Below are positions 10,838 to 22,081 of a DNA stretch of 64,000 nt, one piece after another. Origin of the DNA: Promethearchaeota archaeon (lineage in GTDB: Archaea; Asgardarchaeota; Lokiarchaeia; Sigyniarchaeales; SOKP01); the NCBI GenBank assembly GCA_019058245.1, contig JAHPZJ010000030.1, forward strand, positions 1 to 64,000, in the 5' to 3' direction. The translations under genes and the position numbers were made by a program. Each line of letters begins with the position of its first letter. The stretch's first letter is position 1. The notes beneath the pieces were generated by a model. The model was not told the origin of the DNA. It saw only the letters and a program-made list of their open reading frames with translations, and did not search any database.

Positions 10838-11098
10838 TTATGAAAAGTGTAATAAATACACATATTGCGAAAGATCAAATTTTTCGTATTTAAGATCTGG
10901 ACAGTCTTCATCTCTAGTAGGAATATCCCAGAAATTGTCGTTGTTGTTTAAGATAGGTGTTAAAGCTAGCTTTAAAACAAAACTATATTCATCAAAAAAG
11001 AAATTATGATAAAACACTTTGTTTATTGGATCATAATCAATATACATTTTAAATTTAAATATAGAGTCATTTAGAGTTTTCATATAGTCGAATATCAT
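10838..11098 (-). CDS. Hypothetical protein (possibly a fragment)
   Basis: 86-aa ORF with no recognisable motif. Confidence 0.45.
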   Translation of the reverse strand: MIFDYMKTLNDSIFKFKMYIDYDPINKVFYHNFFFDEYSFVLKLALTPILNNNDNFWDIPTRDEDCPDLKYEKFDLSQYVYLLHFS

Positions 11099-11444
11099 AT
11101 TTTTGGATTCTACAGTTGAATGGATCTACATTTTTATAAAAAAACTTACTTTTAAATATTTACTTTTCTAAAAATGTAAATTATCTATTCATTGGAACTT
11201 TAAATGCTTATATAAAATAATTCATAAAAACTATTACATAGAAATTCAATACTAATTTTGTAATTACGGAAGAGACTTTGTGGCTAATCAAAATAAAGGA
11301 AACAATGATTTAAAAAAGGTTTTTAATTAATTTCATTAATTTTTAATATTTAAAATTTCTGAAGTTTATCATTTTAGAATATTGACAATCATAATAATTT
11401 ACTTTATTCTACACTATAAGCATTTTTTCTAAATCATTCAATTC

Positions 11445-11721
11445 TTCCTATAGGGGAGTAAGGTTATGTGCTATACAAGATTTTACTAAATTAAAAAATA
11501 TTTACTATACGATAATGTCCCTGAATTCTTTTACTTAGGATTGTTTGCATTCCTAAATAATACATACCTTAAATAACATATATTAGTATTAGCGAAGAGA
11601 AGGATATATTATAATATATAATTTGAGCTAATAGCGTCTCCCCATAAACCTGATCTAACCTCAAATAAATTATTCTTCTCCTAAAAATATCGCTCAAATT
11701 TGTATTCCTTCCTCCTTTTAA
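11445..11721 (-). repeat. Right arm of ~275-bp imperfect inverted repeat
   Basis: Reverse complement of 9343..9616. Confidence 0.92.
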
Positions 11722-12306
11722 TGACCGATTAATTTGCTACTAATATTTCTTTTTAACTAAGTAAATTCGATACAACACCCTTTATCGCCTTCTTAATTAA
11801 ATCTAAAAAATTAGAATGATTAAAGATGATTAACTTGAAGGATAATGCTTTTGGATTTTTCCATCTTTACAAACGATCATCCTACTTCCATCTCTATAAT
11901 TGAATTCTTTCCATTCTTCATTTGTTAATTATTTTATATGATAATAATCAGGTAAATCATTTAGATCAGTTATCATGCATATAATTTTGAGTATTGCTGT
12001 AGATATAAAATATATAGATAAGTTCAAGAAGAGGTAGTTATAGATGTAGATGAGTGCAGATATTTAACCATATTCAAAAAAATGGAAGAATTTATTATTT
12101 TTAATATATGATATTGGTGGAAATATCAGAAATATCTATCAATATGTAAAGGATTTTATTCAGGATGGAGAAATTACCATTCGAAGTATTGTTATAAAAC
12201 ATTAAATTTTCTTTAAAAAAAATAGTATGTATCTCAGAACGAAACAAAAATACGTTCAGAGAGAATAGAGAGCAGGATCGATTAAAAAAGAAATAACTAG
12301 AGCAGG

Positions 12307-12762
12307 TTAAATTCCAAACTCATTTTTTACCCATTCTCGCCATACGGGGTCATCAAAATCTTCATGAGTCATCTCTCCCTGACGAAAGGTTTCAAAACAT
12401 TCTATACATGACCATTTTTCTAACCAAGGAACCCACACGAGATCAAGATCAGTAGGACGATCTTTGGGGTCAAGCCCCTTCTCTATTGCTTTATCTAAAG
12501 AGATACAAGCAGCTCCGCTATTACATTGCAATGTTGATCTTATAAAACGATGATATAATTCATTACATTTTCTGCTAAGTTGCCCTTTTCTGCGTTGTTG
12601 AGATGGGGTTAATTTTTCCTTTTTGAACTATAAATCTTCAAGTCTGGATAACTTATTCAATTCTTCTTTTACAGCTAACTTCAAAATGATTCTCAGATTA
12701 TTTCGCACGCGCCGTATACATGGAGTTCTTAACACGATTTTATGAATTTTTTTTGATCTCAT
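12307..12762 (-). pseudogene. 151-codon Cys-containing ORF interrupted by one in-frame TAG (codon 45)
   Basis: ATG at 12762 is in frame with the track ORF 12307..12531; the only interruption is TAG at 12628-12630. Confidence 0.7.
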
Positions 12763-12826
12763 TGTTAATATCAAATTTAATTTAACTTATATTTTTTTGG
12801 GCACTTATAAATTAATAAATTTTAAA

Positions 12827-13860
12827 TTAAATTATTGGATATATGTTTTCACGTAAATACACACTTAAAAACCACTGCCAAAAACTTTTTCTCATTCTCT
12901 CACTAAGAAAAAGCTTACTATTCATTGGTTTTTTACCATTTAAAAACAATTTATAATCATTCTCTATCGGAGAATATCTAAATTTATAAAAATTACTATA
13001 ACCTTCATCTCTATTTAAGAAAAATGCTTCGTATCCTTCTTTCTTTACTATAATCCATCGTTTAATCCATTTATTTATAGTAAAATCATCTAATCTATCC
13101 CATATTTTTACTTCTTTTCCTTCTATTCTTACTTCTTTGCCCCGAAATTCTTTTAAGAAAGTAGATTGGTAATCGAAGTCTTTAACAAATGGAATTTGGA
13201 TTAATTCATATAAGTGCATTAAACGATGCATTGCCAACTGGGTATTATAACCAAATTTACTAAGTTTATCAAGCTGATTATGATATTTATGCATCAATGG
13301 TGCCAATGCTATAACAAAATCTTCAAAAGGTATTAAATTCTTTGAATAATCGATATCTTCCGAAAATTTAAATATTGTATATATTGCCTTTATTTTTTCT
13401 AAGTGATGCCTTTCAATGTCAATTCTATATGTCTTTCCTTTTAATTCCGCGTCTTTAATGAACTCTTGACCCCAAATATCAAGCCCTAAAGTAATTTTTA
13501 ACATTTCTACCACTTGGATCTCATATAAGAAATCCCAATAATATTTTATATAATCATCTTTAACAAACTCTCCATTTCTTTCAACTACTTTATCAAGATT
13601 ATCAAGTGCAAGTTGATGAAATTCCTGAGCTAAAGTGTCTGATGATGCTTCGATCATTAATTCTTTCATCTCATCTACTTGAGTATTTGTAATTTCCCTT
13701 CCTTCAAGCGTTTTCTGTCTAAAGAGATTTCTATCATATCCTATAGATTCTGCTAGTGTTGTGGGTGAATAAAGATTATATCTTACCTCTGGAGTATCCA
13801 TCTTTGCCTTAGTCAATGTCAGTATTGTGTAAAATAAAGCATCAAAATCAAGTCTAAAAC
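12827..13860 (-). pseudogene. Probable 5'-truncated fragment of a larger protein, with HH..H..H residues (weakly HNH-like)
   Basis: 329-aa ORF whose frame stays open upstream with no SD or promoter space; ERHHLEK...MHKYH. Confidence 0.5.
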
Positions 13861-14196
13861 TATATTGATAATAGTAGTATACAAGGCATAAGTCTAGGTG
13901 ATAGTATGAACAATATTATATACAAAAACACAGCCACCAATAGCTATTATTATGGAATTTGTATAAGAAACAGTGATTATAATACCATTTCGAGAAATAA
14001 TTTAGCTGGATCTAGAATTCTATGTATTTTGGAAGAAAATTGCGAAGGGAATGTATTTCGAAATAATGAATCATGCGATTATGGGGAAACTGATCAAGCT
14101 ATTCCAAGCTATAACCTATTTTTACTAGTGGGTATTATCCTTATAGCTCTTCTCTTCATTCTTCGAAATAGATACAAAAAAGGTAAAATAATTTAA
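13858..14196 (+). pseudogene. 3' fragment of a NosD/parallel beta-helix surface protein with Loki-CTERM-type anchor
   Basis: GISLGDS.NN.I..N and GI.I..S..N.I..N repeats; IPSYNLFLL + TM + basic tail; no signal peptide; in-frame stop at 13855. Confidence 0.75.
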
Positions 14197-14438
14197 TCCC
14201 AACCTTTTTTTTTAACCTGAGTGATTTCTAATTTTCCTTAGAAGTTCAAGGAATCTATTAGAGTCAGTATTAAATAGTATAATAGAAAGAGTGATTTTGG
14301 TATAATACTTGTAATTTGTATTATTTTTCTAATATAAAAATGATTAAAACTTTAGATTCAATATTTTTCAAATCTAATTATTAGTTAAAATTAAAGTAAA
14401 TAAGATAAAAACTCTTTGAGGTTTTTATATTTAGTTGA

Positions 14439-15056
14439 CTAGCGCGCTGATACAGCTATTCTCTCAATCTCATCTTTACGTTTTATCGCTCTAGATTCTT
14501 GACTATTACTTGATGCTAAGATTAATTCTTGAGCTAAATTTTCTTCGAATTGCCTTTCATTAGAATGAGATCTTGCACTTATGGCTTGAGACAGATACTT
14601 GATAGCAAGATCGACTCTGCGCTGTGGGGCGATATCTACTGCTGACGCATAGGATATCCCTCCCATTGCTATTTTGGTAGTCTCTTCTCGAGGTGCAGCT
14701 GCCATTATTGCATCTATTAAGATTTGAATAGGATTTTCACCAGTCAATAATTCAATTAACGTAAAGGCATTTTTAATACTTTTAATAAGTTTACTTTTTT
14801 TACCTGAATTATAAGAACTCTTATGACCTCTAATTTTACTTCCAATATATCCTGGAGATAGTAATCTATTTACGAATCTCTCAATTATTGAAACTTTAGA
14901 GGTTTTCCAAAATCTTCTATGCTCATGTCTACCTGCAGAATGAGGAATAATGATAGGTTTTAAATTGATATAATTTTCAAGAGTTCTATCATTAATTTTA
15001 ATATCATCAAATGGCCATTTGTTGAAAAGTCTTATTTCTTTCTTTGTTTTACTCAT
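14439..15056 (-). CDS. rps7: 30S ribosomal protein uS7
   Basis: PHSAGRH, ENPIQIL, PREET, AVDIAPQRRVD, ERIAVSAR. Confidence 0.97.
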   Translation of the reverse strand: MSKTKKEIRLFNKWPFDDIKINDRTLENYINLKPIIIPHSAGRHEHRRFWKTSKVSIIERFVNRLLSPGYIGSKIRGHKSSYNSGKKSKLIKSIKNAFTLIELLTGENPIQILIDAIMAAAPREETTKIAMGGISYASAVDIAPQRRVDLAIKYLSQAISARSHSNERQFEENLAQELILASSNSQESRAIKRKDEIERIAVSAR

Positions 15057-15070
15057 ATATATTAACCTTT

Positions 15071-15499
15071 TTACCGTAGTGGTTTCTCTTTCTTTCCAGC
15101 TAAAAGTGCTTCAAGACTTACACCGTTTACTTTTACGACCCTATATCTTACACCAGGAAGGTCACCTATACTTCTACCTTTTGCACCACCAATTCCCTCA
15201 ACTATGACTCGATCATGTTCCTCTATGAAATTAAGAGCTCCATCTCCAGGAAGGAAAGCAGTCACACCTTTTCCGTTCTTCTTCAACTGAACCCTTACAC
15301 ATTTTCTTATTGCGGAATTTGGTTGCTTACTCTCTCGACCAACCTTTTGTAATACAATTCCAAGAGCTTGGCAAGATCCCTCAAGAGGGTCAACCTTTTT
15401 CTTTAATTGGAGTTTTCTTCTTTTGTATTTTGTTTTAGACCATCGAAATTTTTTTCGATTTGCTTTTAGTTTTCTTGCAGAGTATAGTCCTTTTGGCAC
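15071..15499 (-). CDS. rps12: 30S ribosomal protein uS12 (probable GTG start)
   Basis: [34 protein letters not shown]; the extra N-terminus in the track ORF is probably non-coding. Confidence 0.96.
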   Translation of the reverse strand: MPKGLYSARKLKANRKKFRWSKTKYKRRKLQLKKKVDPLEGSCQALGIVLQKVGRESKQPNSAIRKCVRVQLKKNGKGVTAFLPGDGALNFIEEHDRVIVEGIGGAKGRSIGDLPGVRYRVVKVNGVSLEALLAGKKEKPLR

Positions 15500-15615
15500 T
15501 TCTTTTGTCACCAAAATAATATTTAATATAATGTGTAAAAATATCTCATAGAACTTAAAATTTATGTATATAAAGTACAATTCTTAAAGATTATTTTTTT
15601 TAGATTGTAAACAAG

Positions 15616-16854
15616 TTATTCAACTCTCGAATCGAGGCTTCTTATAGTATTGTAACAAATATCAATACATCCATTTAGATTTTCAGCAGAGCATAACTCA
15701 GGAATATCCTTCTTGGAATGTATATATTTTAAGTCTTCTTTTGATAAAAAACAAGTTACTTGGAAGCCTTTCTTGCCCATTTTTTCTGTAATCGCTTTAA
15801 AAACTAAATGATCGCTTCCAGTTCCGAAAGAGGGTTTTGATTTTTTAGAGGGGATTCTATTTTGTGTGTCAGATGCTCTTAAAACATCATTTAAGTTTTT
15901 ATTTAATTTTGTCTTTTTAAATAAACCAGTTTCATCAACTAATCCTATGTAAGTACCTACCATATCTATATTAATATTGAATGACTTATTCAAGTTATAA
16001 TCATGATTTAAATTTTCCAAATGTTTGGAACAATAATTTTTTGAACCAAAATGTCCCATTTCCTCAGCTCCGCACCATAAAAAGATTACATCAGTTTTCT
16101 CGAGAGGATTTTTTTTAACTAGTTTTGCTAATTCAAGAAGAACTGCTATACCAGATGCATTATCAATTGCTCCAACAGATAAATCGGTAGATTTCATAAA
16201 AAAGAATATTGATACTCCCACAAGCAATATAATGCCTATAATTAAGGAAATCATTCTTATCCATAAATAAATAGTTTCAATTTGAATTATAATTAACGAG
16301 ATAATAATAGACCAAATTGAAAGTATTAAGTTTATTATTATATGTGAAAATAATAAGAATAGTCCAGAAAGAAGCAATATTTTTGTTATCTTGTACGGAA
16401 AATTATTAGAAATGGAATCATGATGAGCTGAAAAAATAATAACAGGTCTTTTAGGATATAAATTTCTAGCCTTTATGGTAGCTATAATATTTTTAGACTT
16501 TCTCTTCTTTCCAAAGGATATATTCCTTGAATAATCAAAAAAATATTTATTCAGAAAAATTAAAAATAGAAAAAATAATCCATCAAGAGGAAGAATTAGC
16601 CATGTAAAATCAGGAAATAACAGTAATATCTCACTTCCACAAACAAATATGAATAACCACAAAAAAATCAATTTTCTTAAAATGCTAAATGAATTTGACC
16701 ATTCAAAAGATTCTAGATTAAATGCAACATTTTCTTTATCCAGTTGATTTTGGATGTAATTTATCGCTTTAGATTCTCCCTCAGTTGCTGCGTAACGTGT
16801 AAAGCTTAATGATTTTATATGGTTTATGGCAGCATTCTCTTCATATAAATTCAA
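15616..16854 (-). CDS. Membrane-anchored M28 family metallopeptidase
   Basis: SAHHDS, GAIDNASG, GAEEMG, NIDMVG, SDH, YIHS motifs with inserted TM hairpins. Confidence 0.9.
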   Translation of the reverse strand: MNLYEENAAINHIKSLSFTRYAATEGESKAINYIQNQLDKENVAFNLESFEWSNSFSILRKLIFLWLFIFVCGSEILLLFPDFTWLILPLDGLFFLFLIFLNKYFFDYSRNISFGKKRKSKNIIATIKARNLYPKRPVIIFSAHHDSISNNFPYKITKILLLSGLFLLFSHIIINLILSIWSIIISLIIIQIETIYLWIRMISLIIGIILLVGVSIFFFMKSTDLSVGAIDNASGIAVLLELAKLVKKNPLEKTDVIFLWCGAEEMGHFGSKNYCSKHLENLNHDYNLNKSFNINIDMVGTYIGLVDETGLFKKTKLNKNLNDVLRASDTQNRIPSKKSKPSFGTGSDHLVFKAITEKMGKKGFQVTCFLSKEDLKYIHSKKDIPELCSAENLNGCIDICYNTIRSLDSRVE

Positions 16855-16937
16855 TTGTGAAATAAAAATACCTTCTAAGGAGTAATTTAATAATTATATT
16901 AATATTAAATTATAATTATAACTTTATTACAAACCAG

Positions 16938-17414
16938 TCAGATATTCTTAGTGTTAATAATTACATTATCAACTTCAAAATACCTTAAAACTAATTCTTT
17001 AATTTTCCTTATCATAGAACCATCTTTTCCAATAGCTTTTCCTCTATCTTGAGGACGCACAGTAATAATTACCGTTTTCTTTTGTGTTCTATTTTCTTTT
17101 ATTTCAATATTTTGGACTAGAATAGAATTCTTAGTAGTTTGCAAGATATTTTGAATGAATTTATTGAGATCCTCAGAAAAAGCAATAACATCAATCTTTT
17201 TATTGAGTTTTGATTTTAAATCTTTAACATGCTCACCTGCTTTTCCTATTGCTTTCCCTACATCCTCTTCTTTAACTAGAAAAATAATAACTTCAGATCC
17301 ATTCTCGTTTGATTTAAAAATCAAACAATCTTTGATTATTGCTCCTGAAATATTATTAAATAAGGAAATAAGCTCCATTGATTCCCTATCAATTTTAATA
17401 TTCTTCTTTAACAT
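16938..17414 (-). CDS. nusA: Archaeal NusA (two KH domains)
   Basis: GKAIGKAG and GKAIGKDG KH motifs; operon position. Confidence 0.93.
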   Translation of the reverse strand: MLKKNIKIDRESMELISLFNNISGAIIKDCLIFKSNENGSEVIIFLVKEEDVGKAIGKAGEHVKDLKSKLNKKIDVIAFSEDLNKFIQNILQTTKNSILVQNIEIKENRTQKKTVIITVRPQDRGKAIGKDGSMIRKIKELVLRYFEVDNVIINTKNI

Positions 17415-17442
17415 ATAAGTATCAAGCTAAGTATAGTTTGCT

Positions 17443-17817
17443 TTATTTTGTTTTTAAGGTTAATAAGTCGGAATCTCCAAAATCGATTACACCAATGAGG
17501 GAAATCATATAAGGTTTAGCACATGCTAATCCTAAATCCCAACTTGAACCATTATATTTATAGATAAATAGTTTATCTTTTAAAAGAGAATTAAAATGGT
17601 TTATTTGATTAAGTAATTCTATTGGACAATTATTACTCACTATTAGCATCTTAAAAGGATTATCTTTGAATAAATTCTTCAAAACTTGGTTTTTTCCATA
17701 TAAGATTTTACCAGTCTTATAAGCAACTTTGATATTGATATCAATATCAAATTCTTTAGTTTTTTTCCTACTTAAATCAAGTTTTGGAGCATCAGTTTTG
17801 TTCTTTCTCTTTGCCAT
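17443..17817 (-). CDS. rpl30e: 50S ribosomal protein eL30
   Basis: KTGKILYG, YNGSSWDLGLACAKPY, GDSDL; operon position. Confidence 0.93.
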   Translation of the reverse strand: MAKRKNKTDAPKLDLSRKKTKEFDIDINIKVAYKTGKILYGKNQVLKNLFKDNPFKMLIVSNNCPIELLNQINHFNSLLKDKLFIYKYNGSSWDLGLACAKPYMISLIGVIDFGDSDLLTLKTK

Positions 17818-17921
17818 GATAATTTCAATCAGTATCTATATAATATGTAATAAGTATACTACTTTTTTAACTTTTATTTAAAGCTTTTTAATGCTATTTA
17901 TTCATTATTAAAAGTATTTGG

Positions 17922-19127
17922 TTAACTACTTCTTTTTTTCTTCTTTTTTAATAAATCTAAGTTAGCATCCAGATCAAACATTATATTTACACGTCCCGAA
18001 CCAATTGGTGAAATTTGTCCCACTATAACATTTTCTGGAATTCCAAGCAATCGTTCTTCCTCACCGTATAATCCAGCATCAAGTAATTGATTTACTGTGA
18101 CCTCAAAAGCAGCTCTAGCGAATACACTTGATTTTGAGCCGGAAATTCCATGCCTACCAATAGATTGTATAGATCCAGAATAACACATTAAATCAGCTAA
18201 AATTAAAAGATGTCTTAAATCCACATCTAAACCTTGTTGTTCAAGAACTTTTTGAGATTCTATAATTATCATTTGACGTGCAGCTTCAACACCATATAAC
18301 TTTTCAATTTCATGAATATGATTTGAAACGGTTCTTGTCACATCTACACCTTCAATCTGTATAACACCCTGCATGTTAGTACCTTCTGTTTTTATTATCC
18401 ATTCTTTTCCATCGTCAGAAGGAGTCAATAATCCTCTTTTTACCCCTCTAATTCCTTTTACAACTTTTTTAAGTATTTTTTCTCTTAGTTTTTGTAAACT
18501 TTGTAGATCTTCTATTCCTGGATCAATAATTATCGAGTTTCCTTCACGTTTAATTGTTCCCTTTTTTTTATAGCGCTTTAAAATTTCAGGAATTTCATTA
18601 ATTTCAATTCCTTTTTTCTCACAAATTTCTGGTATCAAATTAATTACAATATTCCAATTTACAAAATCAAGATCAACATCATGGGTTATTTGTTCTATAC
18701 GTATTTGTTCAATTCGATTATGAACCTCAATTGCTTTTGCTTCACTTTCGTGATAAGGTTTTTCCAGAAAAATCGTCATTTGAGGAGTACTGGGAAAACG
18801 GCGTGCATCTACAATTTCGATGAGACGTGGTAAACCTTGGGTTACAGAGAATTCTTCTACTCCTGCGTAATGAAAAGTTCTTAGAGTCATTTGAGTTCCA
18901 GGTTCTCCAATAGATTGGGCTGCTACTGTTCCTACTGGTTCTGAAGTTTCTACAAGAGCATTACTAAAATTAATATAAATTTTATTTAAAAGATATTCGA
19001 GTTGTTCTTCCTCTAATTCCTCATCAATTACTTTTTCTCTAATTATATTAATTAAATCTTCAGGAATTCCATCATTTTTTAAAATAGCTAATTCCTCATC
19101 CAATATTTTCTCAGTTATTTTGGTCAT
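17922..19127 (-). CDS. rpoA2: DNA-directed RNA polymerase subunit A'' (Rpo1C)
   Basis: [41 protein letters not shown]. Confidence 0.98.
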   Translation of the reverse strand: MTKITEKILDEELAILKNDGIPEDLINIIREKVIDEELEEEQLEYLLNKIYINFSNALVETSEPVGTVAAQSIGEPGTQMTLRTFHYAGVEEFSVTQGLPRLIEIVDARRFPSTPQMTIFLEKPYHESEAKAIEVHNRIEQIRIEQITHDVDLDFVNWNIVINLIPEICEKKGIEINEIPEILKRYKKKGTIKREGNSIIIDPGIEDLQSLQKLREKILKKVVKGIRGVKRGLLTPSDDGKEWIIKTEGTNMQGVIQIEGVDVTRTVSNHIHEIEKLYGVEAARQMIIIESQKVLEQQGLDVDLRHLLILADLMCYSGSIQSIGRHGISGSKSSVFARAAFEVTVNQLLDAGLYGEEERLLGIPENVIVGQISPIGSGRVNIMFDLDANLDLLKKKKKRSS

Positions 19128-19159
19128 TACTAGATTCCCTTCTCTTTAATATATTATAT

Positions 19160-22081
19160 TTATGCCATTTTATCCTTTTTCCATTCTAAATAAGTCTTGG
19201 TCTCTTTCCCTCGCCATATAGCATTTTTACCAGTTTCTTCATTAAATTGTTTCATTAAACTTTCTTCATCTAATTCTTCTTCCTTTTGTTTAGTTTTAGT
19301 TGTTTTAACAGGTTTTTCTTTAGTGATTTTTTCTTTTTTTGATGCGGGTTTTATAGAATTGGAGATAGTTTTAATTTCTTTCCGAATGGCCTCCACATCA
19401 AGTGCTTTAGCTTTCAGTAATAATACATCTAGATTTACTGCTTTCCCATGATCTGTATGAGTAGGTTCTACTCCATCATCTCCAAAGGTAAATTGTATTA
19501 CATTTTTATCCGAATTTCTAACTGTACCATCATTTTCTATTACCATATCTTGCAATGCATTTACTAATCTTCGTTGCATATAACCAGATGTAGATGTTCT
19601 CACTGCTGTATCAACTAATCCTTCTCTTCCTCCCATTGCATGAAAGAAGAATTCTACTGGCTTTAATCCATTTCTATACGATGATGATACAAAACCTCTT
19701 GATTTGGGAGTAAGATCATTAATTTTAAAATGAGGTAAAGTTCTCAGAGTATATCCTCGATTAATTCTTTCACCCCTAATTGCCTGTTGCCCAACAACTG
19801 CAGACATTTGCCCTAAATTCAAAATATTACCTCGAGCACCAGATTTAGTCATAATAACTGAATGAGCTTCATCACCAATGAATTCGGCTGCTGTTTCTTC
19901 TGCTTCTTTCCTAGCTTCTGCTAATACTTGCCTAATTCTTAATTCTAATGTTTCTCTCATCGAACGTCCAGGAGCTCTTCTTAAAATGGTCGTATCATTA
20001 TCGTAAAATGCATCAATCAGTTTCTCAGATTCAGCAGTTGCATCCTTTAAAATTCTCTGGATTTCTTCATATGCGTGACCATGCACATATACCTCATCTA
20101 ATCCCATTGTCATTCCATTTTGCCTAATAACATACAAAAGCATCTTAGTTGCACTATCTAAAAATTGTCGACCTAACGCATTTCCATGATCTTTAATGAT
20201 ACGTTGTAAAATACTATTTGATTGCATCGCTCCGAAGGAGTTTTCGTCAATGGTTCCCGTTATCAATTGACCATTTCTTATTACGACATATGCATCATAA
20301 GGACAATCCGCTTCCTCGCATACTTCGCATTTCTTACAAAATTTTGATTTTACTTTAATATTAAGATCATCCGGAAATAATGTACTAAAAATTTGTTTTC
20401 CAGAGTATTTAGGTTCTGGGTCGGTGATTACTGGAACGAGTTGATTTAACTTAAAATTTGGATTATTCTTATATACATCACCAATATATAACAGTTTTAA
20501 AGCATCCTTTTTAGTATATAATGAATCCTTACTAGTAAATTGAAAAACACTTGAAATAAAGTCTTGGATACCACCTAGAATTGGACCACCAAATCGCGGA
20601 GATAAGATGTGTTCTTGAACTTTAAGAAGTAATTCTGCTTCTGTACGAGCTTCTTCACTTTGAGGTACATGTAAATTCATTTCATCTCCATCAAAATCAG
20701 CGTTATATGGTGGACATACAGTCAAATTTAATCGAAAAGTCCTTCCTTTCATAATTCTAACTTCATGTGCCATTATTGACATTCTATGAAGAGAAGGTTG
20801 ACGATTGAATAGCACTAAATCTCCATCATTTAAATGACGTTCAATTGTAAAGCCAGGTGCTAGCATATCAGCAATAATCTTTCTGTTTTTCACATATCGA
20901 AGATCTATTCTTCTCCGATCGTTACGAATTATATAATTAGCACCGGGATGTTTAAAAGGTCCATTTAGGACCATTTGTTTCATTTCTTCAATATTCCAAT
21001 CGTTTACATTTGTAGGAATCGTTAAAATCTTGGCAATTTCTATTGGTACACCTACATCATTGATACTTATATATGGATTTGGTGATATAACACTACGCGC
21101 AGAAAAATCAACTCTTTTTCCACTAAGATTACTCCTAAATCTACCCTCTTTACCTTTTAATCTCTGGGTTAATGTTCTAAGGGCCCTTCCAGAACGATGT
21201 CTGGCAGGAGGGATACCAGATACTTGATTATCAAAATAGGTTGTAATATGATATTGCAATAATTCCCAAAGATCTTCAACTATTAAATGTGGAGCTCCAG
21301 CATCAATATTTTCTCTTAATCTTTGGTTAATTCGAATAACATCGACCAATTTATGGGTTAAATCATCTTCAGAACGAATCCCACTATCTAAAGTAATTGA
21401 TGGTCTTGCACATACAGGAGGGATTGGTAAAACAGTAAACACAACCCATTCTAAACGTGCATTCTCAGGTGAAATTCCAAGTATCCTAAGATCAGCATCA
21501 CCTATTTTTTTTAAACGTTCTAAAATTTCAATAGGTGTTATTCTCCGTGACCCTTTTCCTTCTTCTTCTTCATAAAAAGTAGTTGGTTTCTCAATAATTA
21601 TTTTCTTCTTTTTTGCTCCACAATACGGACATATTTTTGCTTTTCTCGCTCTTTTAAATACTATTTTAGCCGCATCCTCATCACCTTCAAAAAAGATTTT
21701 CCTGTGTTGTGATTGTTCTTGTCTAAATTTTTCTTTTTCCTCTTCAGTAAGCATTAATTTGCTACATTCAGGGCATATACTTCTTAAAACTTTTAAAACC
21801 TTTTTTGCGTATCCAACGTGAATGACTGGCCTTGCAAGTTCAATATGTCCAAAATGTCCCATACAATTACTAACTAAATTCCCACATGTTTGACATCTCT
21901 GTCCAGGCTCGATGGTACCTAGTCTTTGGTCCATTAACCCACTTGGTATGGGAAGACCATCTTCATCATAGGTGTCTGCGGTGATTATACGAGCTGCTGA
22001 CATTTTACGGATCTCATTTGGACTTAATAAGCCAAATTTAATCTTTTCAATCATTTTCATTCTTGAAAATGTATAACTCAT
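19160..22081 (-). CDS. rpoA1: DNA-directed RNA polymerase subunit A' (Rpo1N) with C-terminal extension
   Basis: CMGHFGHIEL, GKRVDFSAR, NRQPSLH, catalytic NADFDGD, GGREGLVDTA. Confidence 0.99.
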   Translation of the reverse strand: MSYTFSRMKMIEKIKFGLLSPNEIRKMSAARIITADTYDEDGLPIPSGLMDQRLGTIEPGQRCQTCGNLVSNCMGHFGHIELARPVIHVGYAKKVLKVLRSICPECSKLMLTEEEKEKFRQEQSQHRKIFFEGDEDAAKIVFKRARKAKICPYCGAKKKKIIIEKPTTFYEEEEGKGSRRITPIEILERLKKIGDADLRILGISPENARLEWVVFTVLPIPPVCARPSITLDSGIRSEDDLTHKLVDVIRINQRLRENIDAGAPHLIVEDLWELLQYHITTYFDNQVSGIPPARHRSGRALRTLTQRLKGKEGRFRSNLSGKRVDFSARSVISPNPYISINDVGVPIEIAKILTIPTNVNDWNIEEMKQMVLNGPFKHPGANYIIRNDRRRIDLRYVKNRKIIADMLAPGFTIERHLNDGDLVLFNRQPSLHRMSIMAHEVRIMKGRTFRLNLTVCPPYNADFDGDEMNLHVPQSEEARTEAELLLKVQEHILSPRFGGPILGGIQDFISSVFQFTSKDSLYTKKDALKLLYIGDVYKNNPNFKLNQLVPVITDPEPKYSGKQIFSTLFPDDLNIKVKSKFCKKCEVCEEADCPYDAYVVIRNGQLITGTIDENSFGAMQSNSILQRIIKDHGNALGRQFLDSATKMLLYVIRQNGMTMGLDEVYVHGHAYEEIQRILKDATAESEKLIDAFYDNDTTILRRAPGRSMRETLELRIRQVLAEARKEAEETAAEFIGDEAHSVIMTKSGARGNILNLGQMSAVVGQQAIRGERINRGYTLRTLPHFKINDLTPKSRGFVSSSYRNGLKPVEFFFHAMGGREGLVDTAVRTSTSGYMQRRLVNALQDMVIENDGTVRNSDKNVIQFTFGDDGVEPTHTDHGKAVNLDVLLLKAKALDVEAIRKEIKTISNSIKPASKKEKITKEKPVKTTKTKQKEEELDEESLMKQFNEETGKNAIWRGKETKTYLEWKKDKMA

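Noticed and set aside
11830-11976. Tiny minus-strand frame MITDLNDLPDYYHIK*LTNEEWKEF... with an internal TAA
   Set aside because: Too short and interrupted; at most a decayed fragment
15500-15580. N-terminal extension of uS12
   Set aside because: AT-rich, promoter-like sequence; the conserved protein starts at PKG
19160-19410. RNA polymerase II CTD homolog
   Set aside because: No YSPTSPS-like repeats, and it is on the A' half rather than the true C-terminus (A'')
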